Assembly (NCBI GenBank): GCA_018697295.1
Contig: JABHTJ010000002.1
Coordinates: forward strand, 28,027-92,026
DNA: 64,000 bases
Source: an archaeon
Lineage (GTDB): Archaea; Nanobdellota; Nanobdellia; Pacearchaeales; GW2011-AR1
Direction of reading: 5' to 3'
Part shown: one piece after another, positions 26,201 to 35,330 of the stretch
Layout of the letters: the number at the start of each line of letters is the position of its first letter
Position numbering within the stretch: the stretch's first letter is position 1
Notes under the pieces: generated by a model
The model's input: the letters and a program-made list of their open reading frames with translations, nothing else
Database searches by the model: none
What the model was told of the DNA's origin: nothing
Program-made: the position numbers and the translations under genes

Positions 26201-29200
26201 ATGGTTTTGAAAGGGGCTAGTCAACCGTTGGAGGGTGAATCTTATGATTCTGGAAAGGAGAGTTCTAGAGTTTCTGGGCTTAGAGTAACTTCTCGGTTTT
26301 CTTCTGATCCGACTTATGAGGCTCTTGAGTGGTCGACCAGAGATATTAAAACGGAAGATATGGATGGAAATGTTATCTTTTCTATGGAGGGTGTTGAAGC
26401 TCCGACTCATTATAGTGACTTGGCCGTTAAAACTATTGCAAATAAATATTTTTCTCGAAATGTGAAGGCTAATGAGACTAGTGTTAGGGCGTTGGATCAC
26501 AGAGTAACTTCTACTCTTGCTCATGAGGTTGTTCGGCAAGGGCTTATTCGTCCCGAAGATGAAGCGGTTTATCAGGCAGAACTTATGGCTTCAACGGCTC
26601 AGCAACATTCTTCGTGGAATTCTCCAGTCTGGTTTAATCAAGGTTTACATCATGTTTATGGGATTAGTAAAACTGAAAATGATCCTGATTCGGCTGATCG
26701 GTGGGCTGTAGATTTTGAAACAGGAGAGGTTAGAAATGGTCATGATGCCTATGTGCGTCCTCAAAATTCTGCTTGTTTTATTCAATCTGTTCCAGATAAC
26801 ATTTCCGGAATTCTTGAACATGGGAAAAAAGAAGGTATGCTCTTTAAGTATGGTTCTGGAACTGGCTCAAATGTTTCTGATATTCGAGGAGTTAATGAAC
26901 CTCTCTCTGGTGGTGGGGTATCTTCGGGAGTAATGTCCTTTTTGCCCATTCAGGATAAGACTGCAGGGAGTATAAAATCTGGAGGTACAACAAGAAGGGC
27001 TGCAAAAATGGTTCGTATGGATGTTAATCATTCAGATATTTTTAGATTCGTTGGATGGAAGGCTGAAGAAGAACAAAAGGCCTTGCAACTATGCAAGGAT
27101 CCAAAATATGATCGAAGAAATCAGGGCGACCTTGATGCCGAGGCTTACAAAACTGTCGAGGGCCAAAATGGAAATAACTCTGTTGGGATTAGCGATGCAT
27201 TTATGGAAGCTCTTTCCAATGACGGTGAATGGGATTTATGGTATCGGACTGCAGATAAAGTTGGAGAAGAAGTGGAAATTCCTCTAAGTGAATATAAGGA
27301 TGATAGGTCTTTACCTGATCGACAATTTATTTTGAAAACTACTAATAAACGGAAAACTGTTCGGTCTACAGATTTATGGAATTATATTGTTCGTGCTGCT
27401 ACGATTAATGCCGAACCCGGGCTTCAATTTGATGATACTATAAATCGATGGCATACTTGTAAGGAATCTGGTAGAATTAACGCGTCGAATCCATGTTCTG
27501 AATATTTCTTTATTGATGACTCTGCATGTAATCTTGCTTCGATTAATTTGAAGAACTTTAGGAAGTTGACTCCTTCAGGGGATGACTTTAGAACTAAAAC
27601 TCCTTCTGGTGCTGGGGCTTCAATGAGAGGAAATTTAGAATCGCGAGTTGGAGGTTCTGTATCTCTTGAACAAGCAGAGGGAGAAGGATCATTAAATTAT
27701 CTTGGTGTTTTGGTTGATGGTGAGGATGGTCAAAAAAGAAATGTTTCTTTAGAAGATTATGTTTCTGGGTTTGATGTTAGTGGATATCTTCATGCAGTTA
27801 ACTTAAATATCATTTCTCAAGAAGCCCTTGTCGATCAATCTTCTTATCCTTCGAGAGAAATAGCACAAAATTCTCATGATTTTAGGCCTCTTGGTCTTGG
27901 GTTTGGAAACTTGGGAGCACTTCTTATGTCTTATGGAATTCCCTATGATTCCGATGCTGGAAGGACCCTTGCAGGAGCGCTAACCTCTTTGATGACTGCT
28001 CAGGCATACAAGACTTCTGCATTGATGGCAAAAGAAGTCGGCGCGTTTAATGGATTTGAAAAGAACAAAGAATCTATGCTTGAGGTTATGGGTATGCACA
28101 GAGATGCTTCTCGCGATATTGATGCTTCTAATCTTCCGAAATCTCTTGAAGGAATAGTCTCTGTTGCAAATGGTCTTTGGGACGAAGTTGCAGTTCTTGG
28201 AGAGCAATATGGATTTCGGAATTCCCAAGTCACAGTAATCGCACCGACAGGTACTATCGGATTTAAGATGGATTTCGATACAACAGGGGTGGAGCCAGTT
28301 AGCGTTTTTGGCGCTCAAAAAGGTCTTTCAGGTGGAGGAACTTATCATATTCCAATTCCTGCGTCAGTTGGAGAAGGTCTTGGATCTCTTGGTTATTCTC
28401 CTGAAGAAGTAACTCCTATTTTAGAATATCTTAATGAGCAAAATGATCCTAAAAGAAAAGAGAGAGTTGTTGCAACAATGAAGGGCGCTCCTGGATTAAA
28501 AGAAGAGCATTTGAGTGTTTTCGAGACTGCGATGGATCCTCAAAACATGACTTCTGTTGATGGTCATTTATATATGATGGCTTCAGTAACGCCATTTTTA
28601 TCTGGTGCTATTTCAAAAACGGTAAATCTTCCTCGAGGTTCTAAACTTGAAGATATTGACCGAACTTATCGAAAAGCTCATGAACTTGGTTTGAAGTCAG
28701 TTGCATTGTACGTTGATGGGTGCAAGGGTGTTCAACCAATTTTTACAGGCTCTGGAAATAATGATTTAGTTCTTGATCGTGGAGTAAAAGATAAGCCTGG
28801 GGGAGGTAAGCCTATTGAATCTTTTAGGGTTCCTATAAAAATTGGAGAAACAAGCGTGCTTATTGAATTCGGAGAGCATCCGAACCGTCGACCAAGTGAA
28901 GCAATTGGAGATTATGTTGTCATGTTTGGAAAATCTGGCTCTCCTCATGCCGGAGAAACAACAGAGTGGGCGAAGGCAGCTTCAAGATCGCGCCAGTATG
29001 GAGAGAGTGTTGAAGACTTTATCGAGAATAATCGTGGCTCAACAGGAACTATAAAGGGATTCACTAATCATCCTTATATAAAATCTGTTTCAAGTATACA
29101 TGATGCCGCAGCTAAACTTGCAGAGCTTCATTATTTAGGAGTTACCGAAGGTTGGGAGGTTGATCCGACACCATTAGAGATGGAAGAGCTGAGATTTAAT

Positions 29201-29443
29201 GTTCTTGCTCAACGAAATCGTAATACTCATTTCAGTTCTCGAATTAAGCGAATACGGTCTATGATGGCTGAGGGAAAAGAGCGAGAAATTATTCCTCTTC
29301 TTGAAGATAATGGTTCAAATGGGAATGGTCGTAAAAAAAATGGTGGATTGCCTCCCTGCCTTAGCTGTGGACATCCAACTATTTTGAGTGGAGCGACTTG
29401 TGTTAAATGTTGTAACTGTGGCAGTTCGCCTGGATGTGGTTAG
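26201..29443 (+). CDS. nrdJ: Class II (B12-dependent) ribonucleotide reductase, bacterial long type
   Basis: NSPVWFN, SACFI, GGTTRRAAKM, ASNPCSEY, ACNLASIN, RPLGLG, IAPTGTI, SGAISKTVN, C-terminal Cys cluster. Confidence 0.95.
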   Translation: MVLKGASQPLEGESYDSGKESSRVSGLRVTSRFSSDPTYEALEWSTRDIKTEDMDGNVIFSMEGVEAPTHYSDLAVKTIANKYFSRNVKANETSVRALDHRVTSTLAHEVVRQGLIRPEDEAVYQAELMASTAQQHSSWNSPVWFNQGLHHVYGISKTENDPDSADRWAVDFETGEVRNGHDAYVRPQNSACFIQSVPDNISGILEHGKKEGMLFKYGSGTGSNVSDIRGVNEPLSGGGVSSGVMSFLPIQDKTAGSIKSGGTTRRAAKMVRMDVNHSDIFRFVGWKAEEEQKALQLCKDPKYDRRNQGDLDAEAYKTVEGQNGNNSVGISDAFMEALSNDGEWDLWYRTADKVGEEVEIPLSEYKDDRSLPDRQFILKTTNKRKTVRSTDLWNYIVRAATINAEPGLQFDDTINRWHTCKESGRINASNPCSEYFFIDDSACNLASINLKNFRKLTPSGDDFRTKTPSGAGASMRGNLESRVGGSVSLEQAEGEGSLNYLGVLVDGEDGQKRNVSLEDYVSGFDVSGYLHAVNLNIISQEALVDQSSYPSREIAQNSHDFRPLGLGFGNLGALLMSYGIPYDSDAGRTLAGALTSLMTAQAYKTSALMAKEVGAFNGFEKNKESMLEVMGMHRDASRDIDASNLPKSLEGIVSVANGLWDEVAVLGEQYGFRNSQVTVIAPTGTIGFKMDFDTTGVEPVSVFGAQKGLSGGGTYHIPIPASVGEGLGSLGYSPEEVTPILEYLNEQNDPKRKERVVATMKGAPGLKEEHLSVFETAMDPQNMTSVDGHLYMMASVTPFLSGAISKTVNLPRGSKLEDIDRTYRKAHELGLKSVALYVDGCKGVQPIFTGSGNNDLVLDRGVKDKPGGGKPIESFRVPIKIGETSVLIEFGEHPNRRPSEAIGDYVVMFGKSGSPHAGETTEWAKAASRSRQYGESVEDFIENNRGSTGTIKGFTNHPYIKSVSSIHDAAAKLAELHYLGVTEGWEVDPTPLEMEELRFNVLAQRNRNTHFSSRIKRIRSMMAEGKEREIIPLLEDNGSNGNGRKKNGGLPPCLSCGHPTILSGATCVKCCNCGSSPGCG

Positions 29444-29449
29444 TAAAAA

Positions 29450-29887
29450 ATGGTAAAAATAAAAGTTAAAAAATTAATTGAATCAGCGATTCTTCCTAGC
29501 TATGGACATCCGGGAGATGCAGGCCTTGATTTCTATGCTGCAGAAGATTTTGTTTTGACTCATGAGATGAGGCATGCCGTTTCTACAGGGATTAGTATGG
29601 CGCTTCCAGAGGGTTATGTTGCATTAGTTTGGGATAAAAGCGGTCTTGCTGCAAAAAAAGGAATTACTGTTCTTGGTGGCGTAATAGATGCGCATTATCG
29701 GGGAGAATATAAAATAATCTTATATAATACTGAGCGAGATGATTTTGTGATTCGAAAAGGTGATAAGGTTGCTCAGGTATTGGTTCAACCAATTGTTAGT
29801 GCTGAGATTGAAGAAGTCGAAGAATTATCTGAGACTGCTCGTGGAGAGGGTGGATTTGGAAGTACTGGCGGAAGCAGAGTTGATTAG
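29450..29887 (+). CDS. dut: Trimeric dUTPase
   Basis: DAGLD, KSGLA, GVIDAHYRGE, RGEGGFGSTG. Confidence 0.96.
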   Translation: MVKIKVKKLIESAILPSYGHPGDAGLDFYAAEDFVLTHEMRHAVSTGISMALPEGYVALVWDKSGLAAKKGITVLGGVIDAHYRGEYKIILYNTERDDFVIRKGDKVAQVLVQPIVSAEIEEVEELSETARGEGGFGSTGGSRVD

Positions 29888-29921
29888 GAAGAATTATAAA
29901 TTGATTCTTTGATGAATTATT

Positions 29922-30488
29922 ATGGTACTTAGTGATGGGCAGATAAAAGAGAAGGTTGGTAGTGGGGAGATTTCGATTGCTCCTTTTGATAAATCTTGTA
30001 TTCAACCTGCCAGTTATGACTTACATTTGGCAAATCAATTTAAGATTTATCGTTCTCACGCGAATGAGATTATAGATCCTCTGAAAAGTGTGGATGGGAT
30101 GATGGAAAATATTTTTTTGGGAGAAGGTGAATCTTTTATTTTGCATCCTGGTTCTTTTGCTCTCGGCTTGATTGAAGAAAAAACGGGTGTTGATTCAAAA
30201 CATATTGGGCGGCTCGAAGGAAAAAGTTCTCTTGCGCGACTTGGGCTTATTATTCATACTACTGCTGGTTATCTTGATCCTGGAAATAATTTGAAACTGA
30301 CTTTAGAATTATTTAATGCAAGTCCTTTGCCGATAAAACTTTATCCTGGAATGAAAATTGCCCAAATTGCTTTTGAAGAAATGGGACGTCCTTGTGAAAG
30401 GCCCTATGGTAGCGATGGTTTGGGTAGCAAGTATTATGGCGATGAGTCGATTACTGAGAGTAAGATGCATTTGAATTTTGACGAATAA
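29922..30488 (+). CDS. dcd: dCTP deaminase
   Basis: IQPASYDL, EGKSSLARLGL, AGYLDPG, LTLEL, YPGMKIAQ. Confidence 0.95.
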   Translation: MVLSDGQIKEKVGSGEISIAPFDKSCIQPASYDLHLANQFKIYRSHANEIIDPLKSVDGMMENIFLGEGESFILHPGSFALGLIEEKTGVDSKHIGRLEGKSSLARLGLIIHTTAGYLDPGNNLKLTLELFNASPLPIKLYPGMKIAQIAFEEMGRPCERPYGSDGLGSKYYGDESITESKMHLNFDE

Positions 30489-30552
30489 TCTCTTTTTAAT
30501 ATATATTTTAGAGTATATTAGTTTTTTAATAGGACTTTTTGTTTGTCTTTTA

Positions 30553-31581
30553 ATGATTGTTGGAATTACGGGAACTCTTGGTGCCGGAAAAGGAACTGTT
30601 GTTAATTATTTGGCCAAACATGAATTTAAACATTATTCAGTTAGAGAATTTTTAGAAATCGAAATTAATAATCGTGGGCTTGTTGTTAATCGAGATAGTA
30701 TGGTTATGATTGCAAATGATTTGCGGGAAAAATATGGTCCTTCTTATATCGTTGATGAATTGTATAACTTGGCTAAGGTTAATGGTGGGAATGCAGTGAT
30801 TGAAAGTATTCGTTGTGTTGGGGAAGTTGAATCTCTTCGACGTCAAGGAGATTTTATTTTGCTTGGTATCGATGCTGACGTTGAACTTCGTTACACGAGA
30901 ATTAGTGAGAGAAAAACTGAAACTGATTTAATTTCTTTTGACAGGTTTGTTCGAGATGAACAACGAGAAATGAATAATAAAGATTCTACTCGTGGAAATA
31001 TCTCTGCATGTCTTGAAATGGCAGATCATATTTTTAAAAATAATTGGACTGTCGAAGAATTATATCAGAAAATTGAAAACTATCTTAGTTCTCGAGCGAA
31101 TGCTCCTGCGACTATCGGGTTTGGTAAACCCAAAAGGCCGAGTTGGGATGATTATTTTATGGAAATAAAAGATGCTGTTTCAAAGCGTGCGACTTGTGAC
31201 ATGAATTGTTTTGGGTGTGTTATTGCTAGAGATAATCAAATTTTGGTGACTGGTTACTCTGGGGCTCCAATGGGGCTTGCTCATTGCGATGATGTTGGTC
31301 ACCGAATAAAAACTGTTGTTGACTCTGAAGGTCATGAAGTGAAAATTTGCAGTAGAATTATTCATGCAGAACAAAATGCGATTTGTCAAGCCTCTAAACT
31401 TGGTACGAAGTTAGGAGAATCTACAATTTATCTTGAGAAAATTCCTTGCGATGTTTGTTCGAGATCTATTGTTGGTGCAGGTATTCGAAGAATTGTTATA
31501 AAAGAAAAGTCTTCAATGAAATCTTATATTAAAGAACTTTTTTTGAATGCTGGTGTAAGGGTCGATTTTATTGAGTGTTGA
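30553..31581 (+). CDS. P-loop (dephospho-CoA/NMP kinase-like) domain fused to dCMP deaminase
   Basis: GITGTLGAGKG N-domain; RPSWDDYFM, HAEQNA, PCDVC deaminase motifs; start moved to MIVGITG. Confidence 0.88.
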   Translation: MIVGITGTLGAGKGTVVNYLAKHEFKHYSVREFLEIEINNRGLVVNRDSMVMIANDLREKYGPSYIVDELYNLAKVNGGNAVIESIRCVGEVESLRRQGDFILLGIDADVELRYTRISERKTETDLISFDRFVRDEQREMNNKDSTRGNISACLEMADHIFKNNWTVEELYQKIENYLSSRANAPATIGFGKPKRPSWDDYFMEIKDAVSKRATCDMNCFGCVIARDNQILVTGYSGAPMGLAHCDDVGHRIKTVVDSEGHEVKICSRIIHAEQNAICQASKLGTKLGESTIYLEKIPCDVCSRSIVGAGIRRIVIKEKSSMKSYIKELFLNAGVRVDFIEC

Positions 31582-31635
31582 ATATTTTTTCTAAATGATT
31601 AAGTTTTTAAATTGCTATTTCGAAGATGAATTAAT

Positions 31636-31710
31636 GGCTCCGTAGCTCAGCCTGGTTAGAGCACTGGACTTTTAATCCAGGTGTCGGGGGTTCAAATCCC
31701 CTCGGGGCCA
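31636..31710 (+). tRNA. tRNA-Lys(TTT)
   Basis: GGCTCCG/CGGGGCC, CTGGA-CT-TTT-AA-TCCAG, GGGGG-TTCAAAT-CCCCT. Confidence 0.96.
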
Positions 31711-31855
31711 TTTTAATCGGGAATTATTTTCCAAAAAGTTTGTTTTAGGTTCATTTGTGATCTTTTATGCGAACTACTTTGAAATGGCAAAAGTCGAAAA
31801 GTTTTTAAAGGCATTTTTGATATTTTTTTTATCTAAAAACTCTTTTATTTTAACA

Positions 31856-32059
31856 ATGCACATCCTCCAGCCAAAACACACGATACTTGATTCTAGTGAT
31901 GCTGAAAAGTTAATGCAAGAACATAATATTTCGTTGGCGCAGTTACCTAAAATTTCTAAAAAAGATCCTGCTCTTCCAGAAGGAAGTGATACGGGTGATG
32001 TTGTTAAAATTGAGCGGACTGGCGATTTAGCGGAAGTCTATTACCGGGTGGTTATCTGA
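31856..32059 (+). CDS. rpoH: RNA polymerase subunit H (Rpo5)
   Basis: HILQPKH...QLPKI...DPA...GDVVKIER...YYRVV; start moved to ATG at 31856. Confidence 0.95.
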   Translation: MHILQPKHTILDSSDAEKLMQEHNISLAQLPKISKKDPALPEGSDTGDVVKIERTGDLAEVYYRVVI

Positions 32060-32063
32060 ATCT

Positions 32064-35000
32064 ATGGCTGAACATTTATTAGTTAAAGAATTTTTGAGGA
32101 ACCATTCTTTAGTTGAATCTAATATTACTTCTTTTAACGATTTTATTGAAAAGCGAATGCAAGAAATTGTTGTTGAACTTTCGGATGCACTTCCTAATGA
32201 TGATTTTGAAATAAAGCTTGGAAACATCCGTGTAGGAAAGCCAAATATTATTGAATCTGATGGATCGTCTCGACCAATTACTCCTGCTGAAGTTCGACTT
32301 AGAAAGTTAACTTATTCTGCCCCAATTTGGATTGAGATGAGTATTAATTATGCTGGTCAGGTTGAGTCTGAAGAAATTCAGCTTGGACGAATTCCCGTTA
32401 TGGTGAAGAGCCGAGCTTGTAATCTTGATGGAATGAGTAAAGAAGATTTGATTAAAAATTATATTGATCCAAAAGATCAGGGAGGCTATTTCTTAATTAA
32501 TGGTAATGAGCGAGTTATGGTTATGGCTGAAGATTTGGCATCTAACCAAACTTTTGTTGAATTTCAAAAAGTTAAGAAGCGACTTATGCTTCGTTTATTT
32601 TCTCAACGAGGAGCATATAAAATTCCAATTTCTTTAGTTGAAAATCCTCAAGGAATTATTGATGTTTCATTTTCTCGATTTAAAGATATTCCTGCTATTG
32701 TCCTTTTGAAAGCTCTTGGTTTGACAAGTGACGCTGAAATTGCGAAACTTATCGGAGAACAAACAGATAGTCTTATTGTTAATTTATATGAATTTGCTGA
32801 CGTTGGAACTGTTGACGATGCTTTGATGTGGATTGCAGAAAAAAGTAGTTTGCAAGGAACTAACAAAGAAATGCTTGACCGAGTAAAACAAAGAATTGAT
32901 TCTTATTTTTTGCCTCATATTGGTCTTGACAAAGCTGCTCGTCTTGAAAAAGCTCGAACTTTTTGTAAATTTATCAAACAATATTATATTGCGAAAGAAC
33001 ATCCGGGAAAGTCAATGACTGATAAAGATCATTATGCAAACAAGCGAGTTCGATTATCTGGAGATTTGCTTTCAGATTTGTTTAGGGTTAACATGAATAT
33101 TTTACTTCGAGAAGTTCAACACAGTTTACAAAAAACTGTTAAGCGACGAAAATTTTATTCGATAAAGACTATTGCGAAATCTACATTATTTACTCATCGA
33201 GTTGAGAGTTCGATTGCTACTGGTTCTTGGATTGGAGAGCGAAATGGAGTTACTCAAAATATGGATAAGAACAATTCTTTTTCGATTATGTCTCAATTAC
33301 AAAGAGTAACGTCGACGCTTCCCGGAGAGCAAGAAAATTTTGCTGCTCGAACTGTCCATCCTACTCATTATGGACGATTTTGTCCAATTGAAACTCCTGA
33401 AGGAACTGAAATTGGTCTTCGAAAAAATTTAGCTCTTCTTGCTAAAATTTCTACTCGTGCCTTAATTGAACACGGAGAAGTTTTGAAAGTTTTAAGTAGT
33501 ATTGGTATGAAACTTGATGCTGAACAAAGTTCTGAAGTTGTTGATGTTTTTTACAATGGACGATTTATTGGTGTTGTCGATGACGTTAATCCTTTTGTTA
33601 GGGCTGTAAAGGAATCTCGACGAGAAGGGAAATTATCCTATGAAATGTCTGTTCGGTTTGATAAATTTTTAGATACTGTTTATATTAGTTCTGAAATTGG
33701 AAGAGTTATTCGTCCATTAATTGTTGTTGAAGATGGAGTGTCGACGCTAAAAGAAGAACATCTTGATTTAATTCGTCAAGGAAATTTATCTTGGAGTGAT
33801 TTAATTAAGGCTGGAGTAATCGAATATTTGGATGCATCTGAAGAAGATGATTGTTATATTTCTTTAGAAGAATCAGAATTAACTGCGGAGCACACACATT
33901 TAGAGGTTGATAAAATTGATGTTTTTGGTGTTAGTGTTTCTTTAATTCCTTTTGGAAATCATGATCCTCCTGCGCGTATGGTTAAGGGTGGTTCTAGAGC
34001 TTATCGTCAAGGTCTTGGAATCTATGCCGGAAATTTCCCTGTAAGAATTGATACTGATGTTTCTCTTCTTCACTATCCTCAAAAACCTTTGGTTCGAAGT
34101 TTTGTTTATGATACCTTAAATGTTCATCCTGTTGGGCAAAATGTTATTCTTGCCATTATGCCTTATGAAGGATATAATATGGAAGACGCTACTGTTCTTA
34201 ATCAAGGTTCAATTGATAGGGGATTTGGACGAAGTTCTAAATTTAGGCCTCATATTTCTGTTGAACTTAACTATGCAGGAAGTCTTAGGGATGAAATTAC
34301 TATTCCTGAAAAAGATGTTTCTGGATATAGATTAGAAGAGAGTTATCGATTTTTAGAAGACGATGGTATTGTTTATCCTGAAGCAGAACTTATCGAAGGC
34401 GAAGTTGTTATTGGTAAAACAAGTCCTCCGAAATTTTTAAGTGAAGCACGAGATATTTCTATCCAGACTAAAAAAGAAAATAGTTCTGCAATGAAGCAAG
34501 GAGAAAGTGGGACTGTCGACGCTGTTTTTATTACTCAAGATAAAGAAGGGAATAAAATTGTTCAAGTAAGAACACGAGAACTTCGAATTCCAGAAATCGG
34601 AGATAAATTTTCTGTTCCTCACGGTCAGAAAGGTATTGTCGGATTTATTGCACCTGAGAATGATATTCCATTTACTGTTGGCGGTATTCGTCCAGATATT
34701 ATGTTTAATCCTCACGGTATACCTTCTCGTATGACTGTTGGTTATTTGATGGATGTTTTGGCAGGAAAAGTTGCGTCACTTTCTGGAAAGATTCAGGATG
34801 CTACTTCATTTAGTGGAGAGACTGTCGATTCTCTTGAAAACAATCTGAAGAAATTAGGATTTAGACAAGATGGGAAGGAAACGATGTATAATGGTATTAC
34901 TGGAAAACGAATGCCTGTTAAGATTTTTATTGGGAATATGTTTTATTTGAAATTGAAATATATGGTTGCAGATAAAATGCACGCTCGAGCTTCTGGAAAG

Positions 35001-35330
35001 ATTGCGTTACTTACTCGACAACCTATTGAAGGTCGTTCTCGAGGTGGAGCACTTCGCCTTGGAGAAATGGAGCAAGAAGCACTTGTTGGTCACGGAGCTT
35101 CATTATTGCTTAAGGAACGATACGATTCTGACAAGGTCGTGATTCATTTATGTAGTCAGTGTGGAAGCATTGTTATTGACGATCAAATTCATAACAAACA
35201 AGTTTGTAGCCTGTGCCATTCTAATCAAGTTGAACCAGTTGAAGTTTCTTATGCATTTAAGTTACTCGTCGAGGAATTACAGGGCTTACATTTATTAACT
35301 AAATTCGATCTGAAAAATAAATATGAATAA
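32064..35330 (+). CDS. rpoB: RNA polymerase subunit B (Rpo2), unsplit
   Basis: GGYFLINGNERV, CPIETPEG, GDKF..HGQKG, LRLGEME, C-terminal Zn ribbon. Confidence 0.98.
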   Translation: MAEHLLVKEFLRNHSLVESNITSFNDFIEKRMQEIVVELSDALPNDDFEIKLGNIRVGKPNIIESDGSSRPITPAEVRLRKLTYSAPIWIEMSINYAGQVESEEIQLGRIPVMVKSRACNLDGMSKEDLIKNYIDPKDQGGYFLINGNERVMVMAEDLASNQTFVEFQKVKKRLMLRLFSQRGAYKIPISLVENPQGIIDVSFSRFKDIPAIVLLKALGLTSDAEIAKLIGEQTDSLIVNLYEFADVGTVDDALMWIAEKSSLQGTNKEMLDRVKQRIDSYFLPHIGLDKAARLEKARTFCKFIKQYYIAKEHPGKSMTDKDHYANKRVRLSGDLLSDLFRVNMNILLREVQHSLQKTVKRRKFYSIKTIAKSTLFTHRVESSIATGSWIGERNGVTQNMDKNNSFSIMSQLQRVTSTLPGEQENFAARTVHPTHYGRFCPIETPEGTEIGLRKNLALLAKISTRALIEHGEVLKVLSSIGMKLDAEQSSEVVDVFYNGRFIGVVDDVNPFVRAVKESRREGKLSYEMSVRFDKFLDTVYISSEIGRVIRPLIVVEDGVSTLKEEHLDLIRQGNLSWSDLIKAGVIEYLDASEEDDCYISLEESELTAEHTHLEVDKIDVFGVSVSLIPFGNHDPPARMVKGGSRAYRQGLGIYAGNFPVRIDTDVSLLHYPQKPLVRSFVYDTLNVHPVGQNVILAIMPYEGYNMEDATVLNQGSIDRGFGRSSKFRPHISVELNYAGSLRDEITIPEKDVSGYRLEESYRFLEDDGIVYPEAELIEGEVVIGKTSPPKFLSEARDISIQTKKENSSAMKQGESGTVDAVFITQDKEGNKIVQVRTRELRIPEIGDKFSVPHGQKGIVGFIAPENDIPFTVGGIRPDIMFNPHGIPSRMTVGYLMDVLAGKVASLSGKIQDATSFSGETVDSLENNLKKLGFRQDGKETMYNGITGKRMPVKIFIGNMFYLKLKYMVADKMHARASGKIALLTRQPIEGRSRGGALRLGEMEQEALVGHGASLLLKERYDSDKVVIHLCSQCGSIVIDDQIHNKQVCSLCHSNQVEPVEVSYAFKLLVEELQGLHLLTKFDLKNKYE

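Noticed and set aside
27555-27770. Intein in nrdJ
   Set aside because: No C/S start with HN-C/S/T end and no LAGLIDADG motifs; rfcS, rpoA and rpoB also show no inteins.
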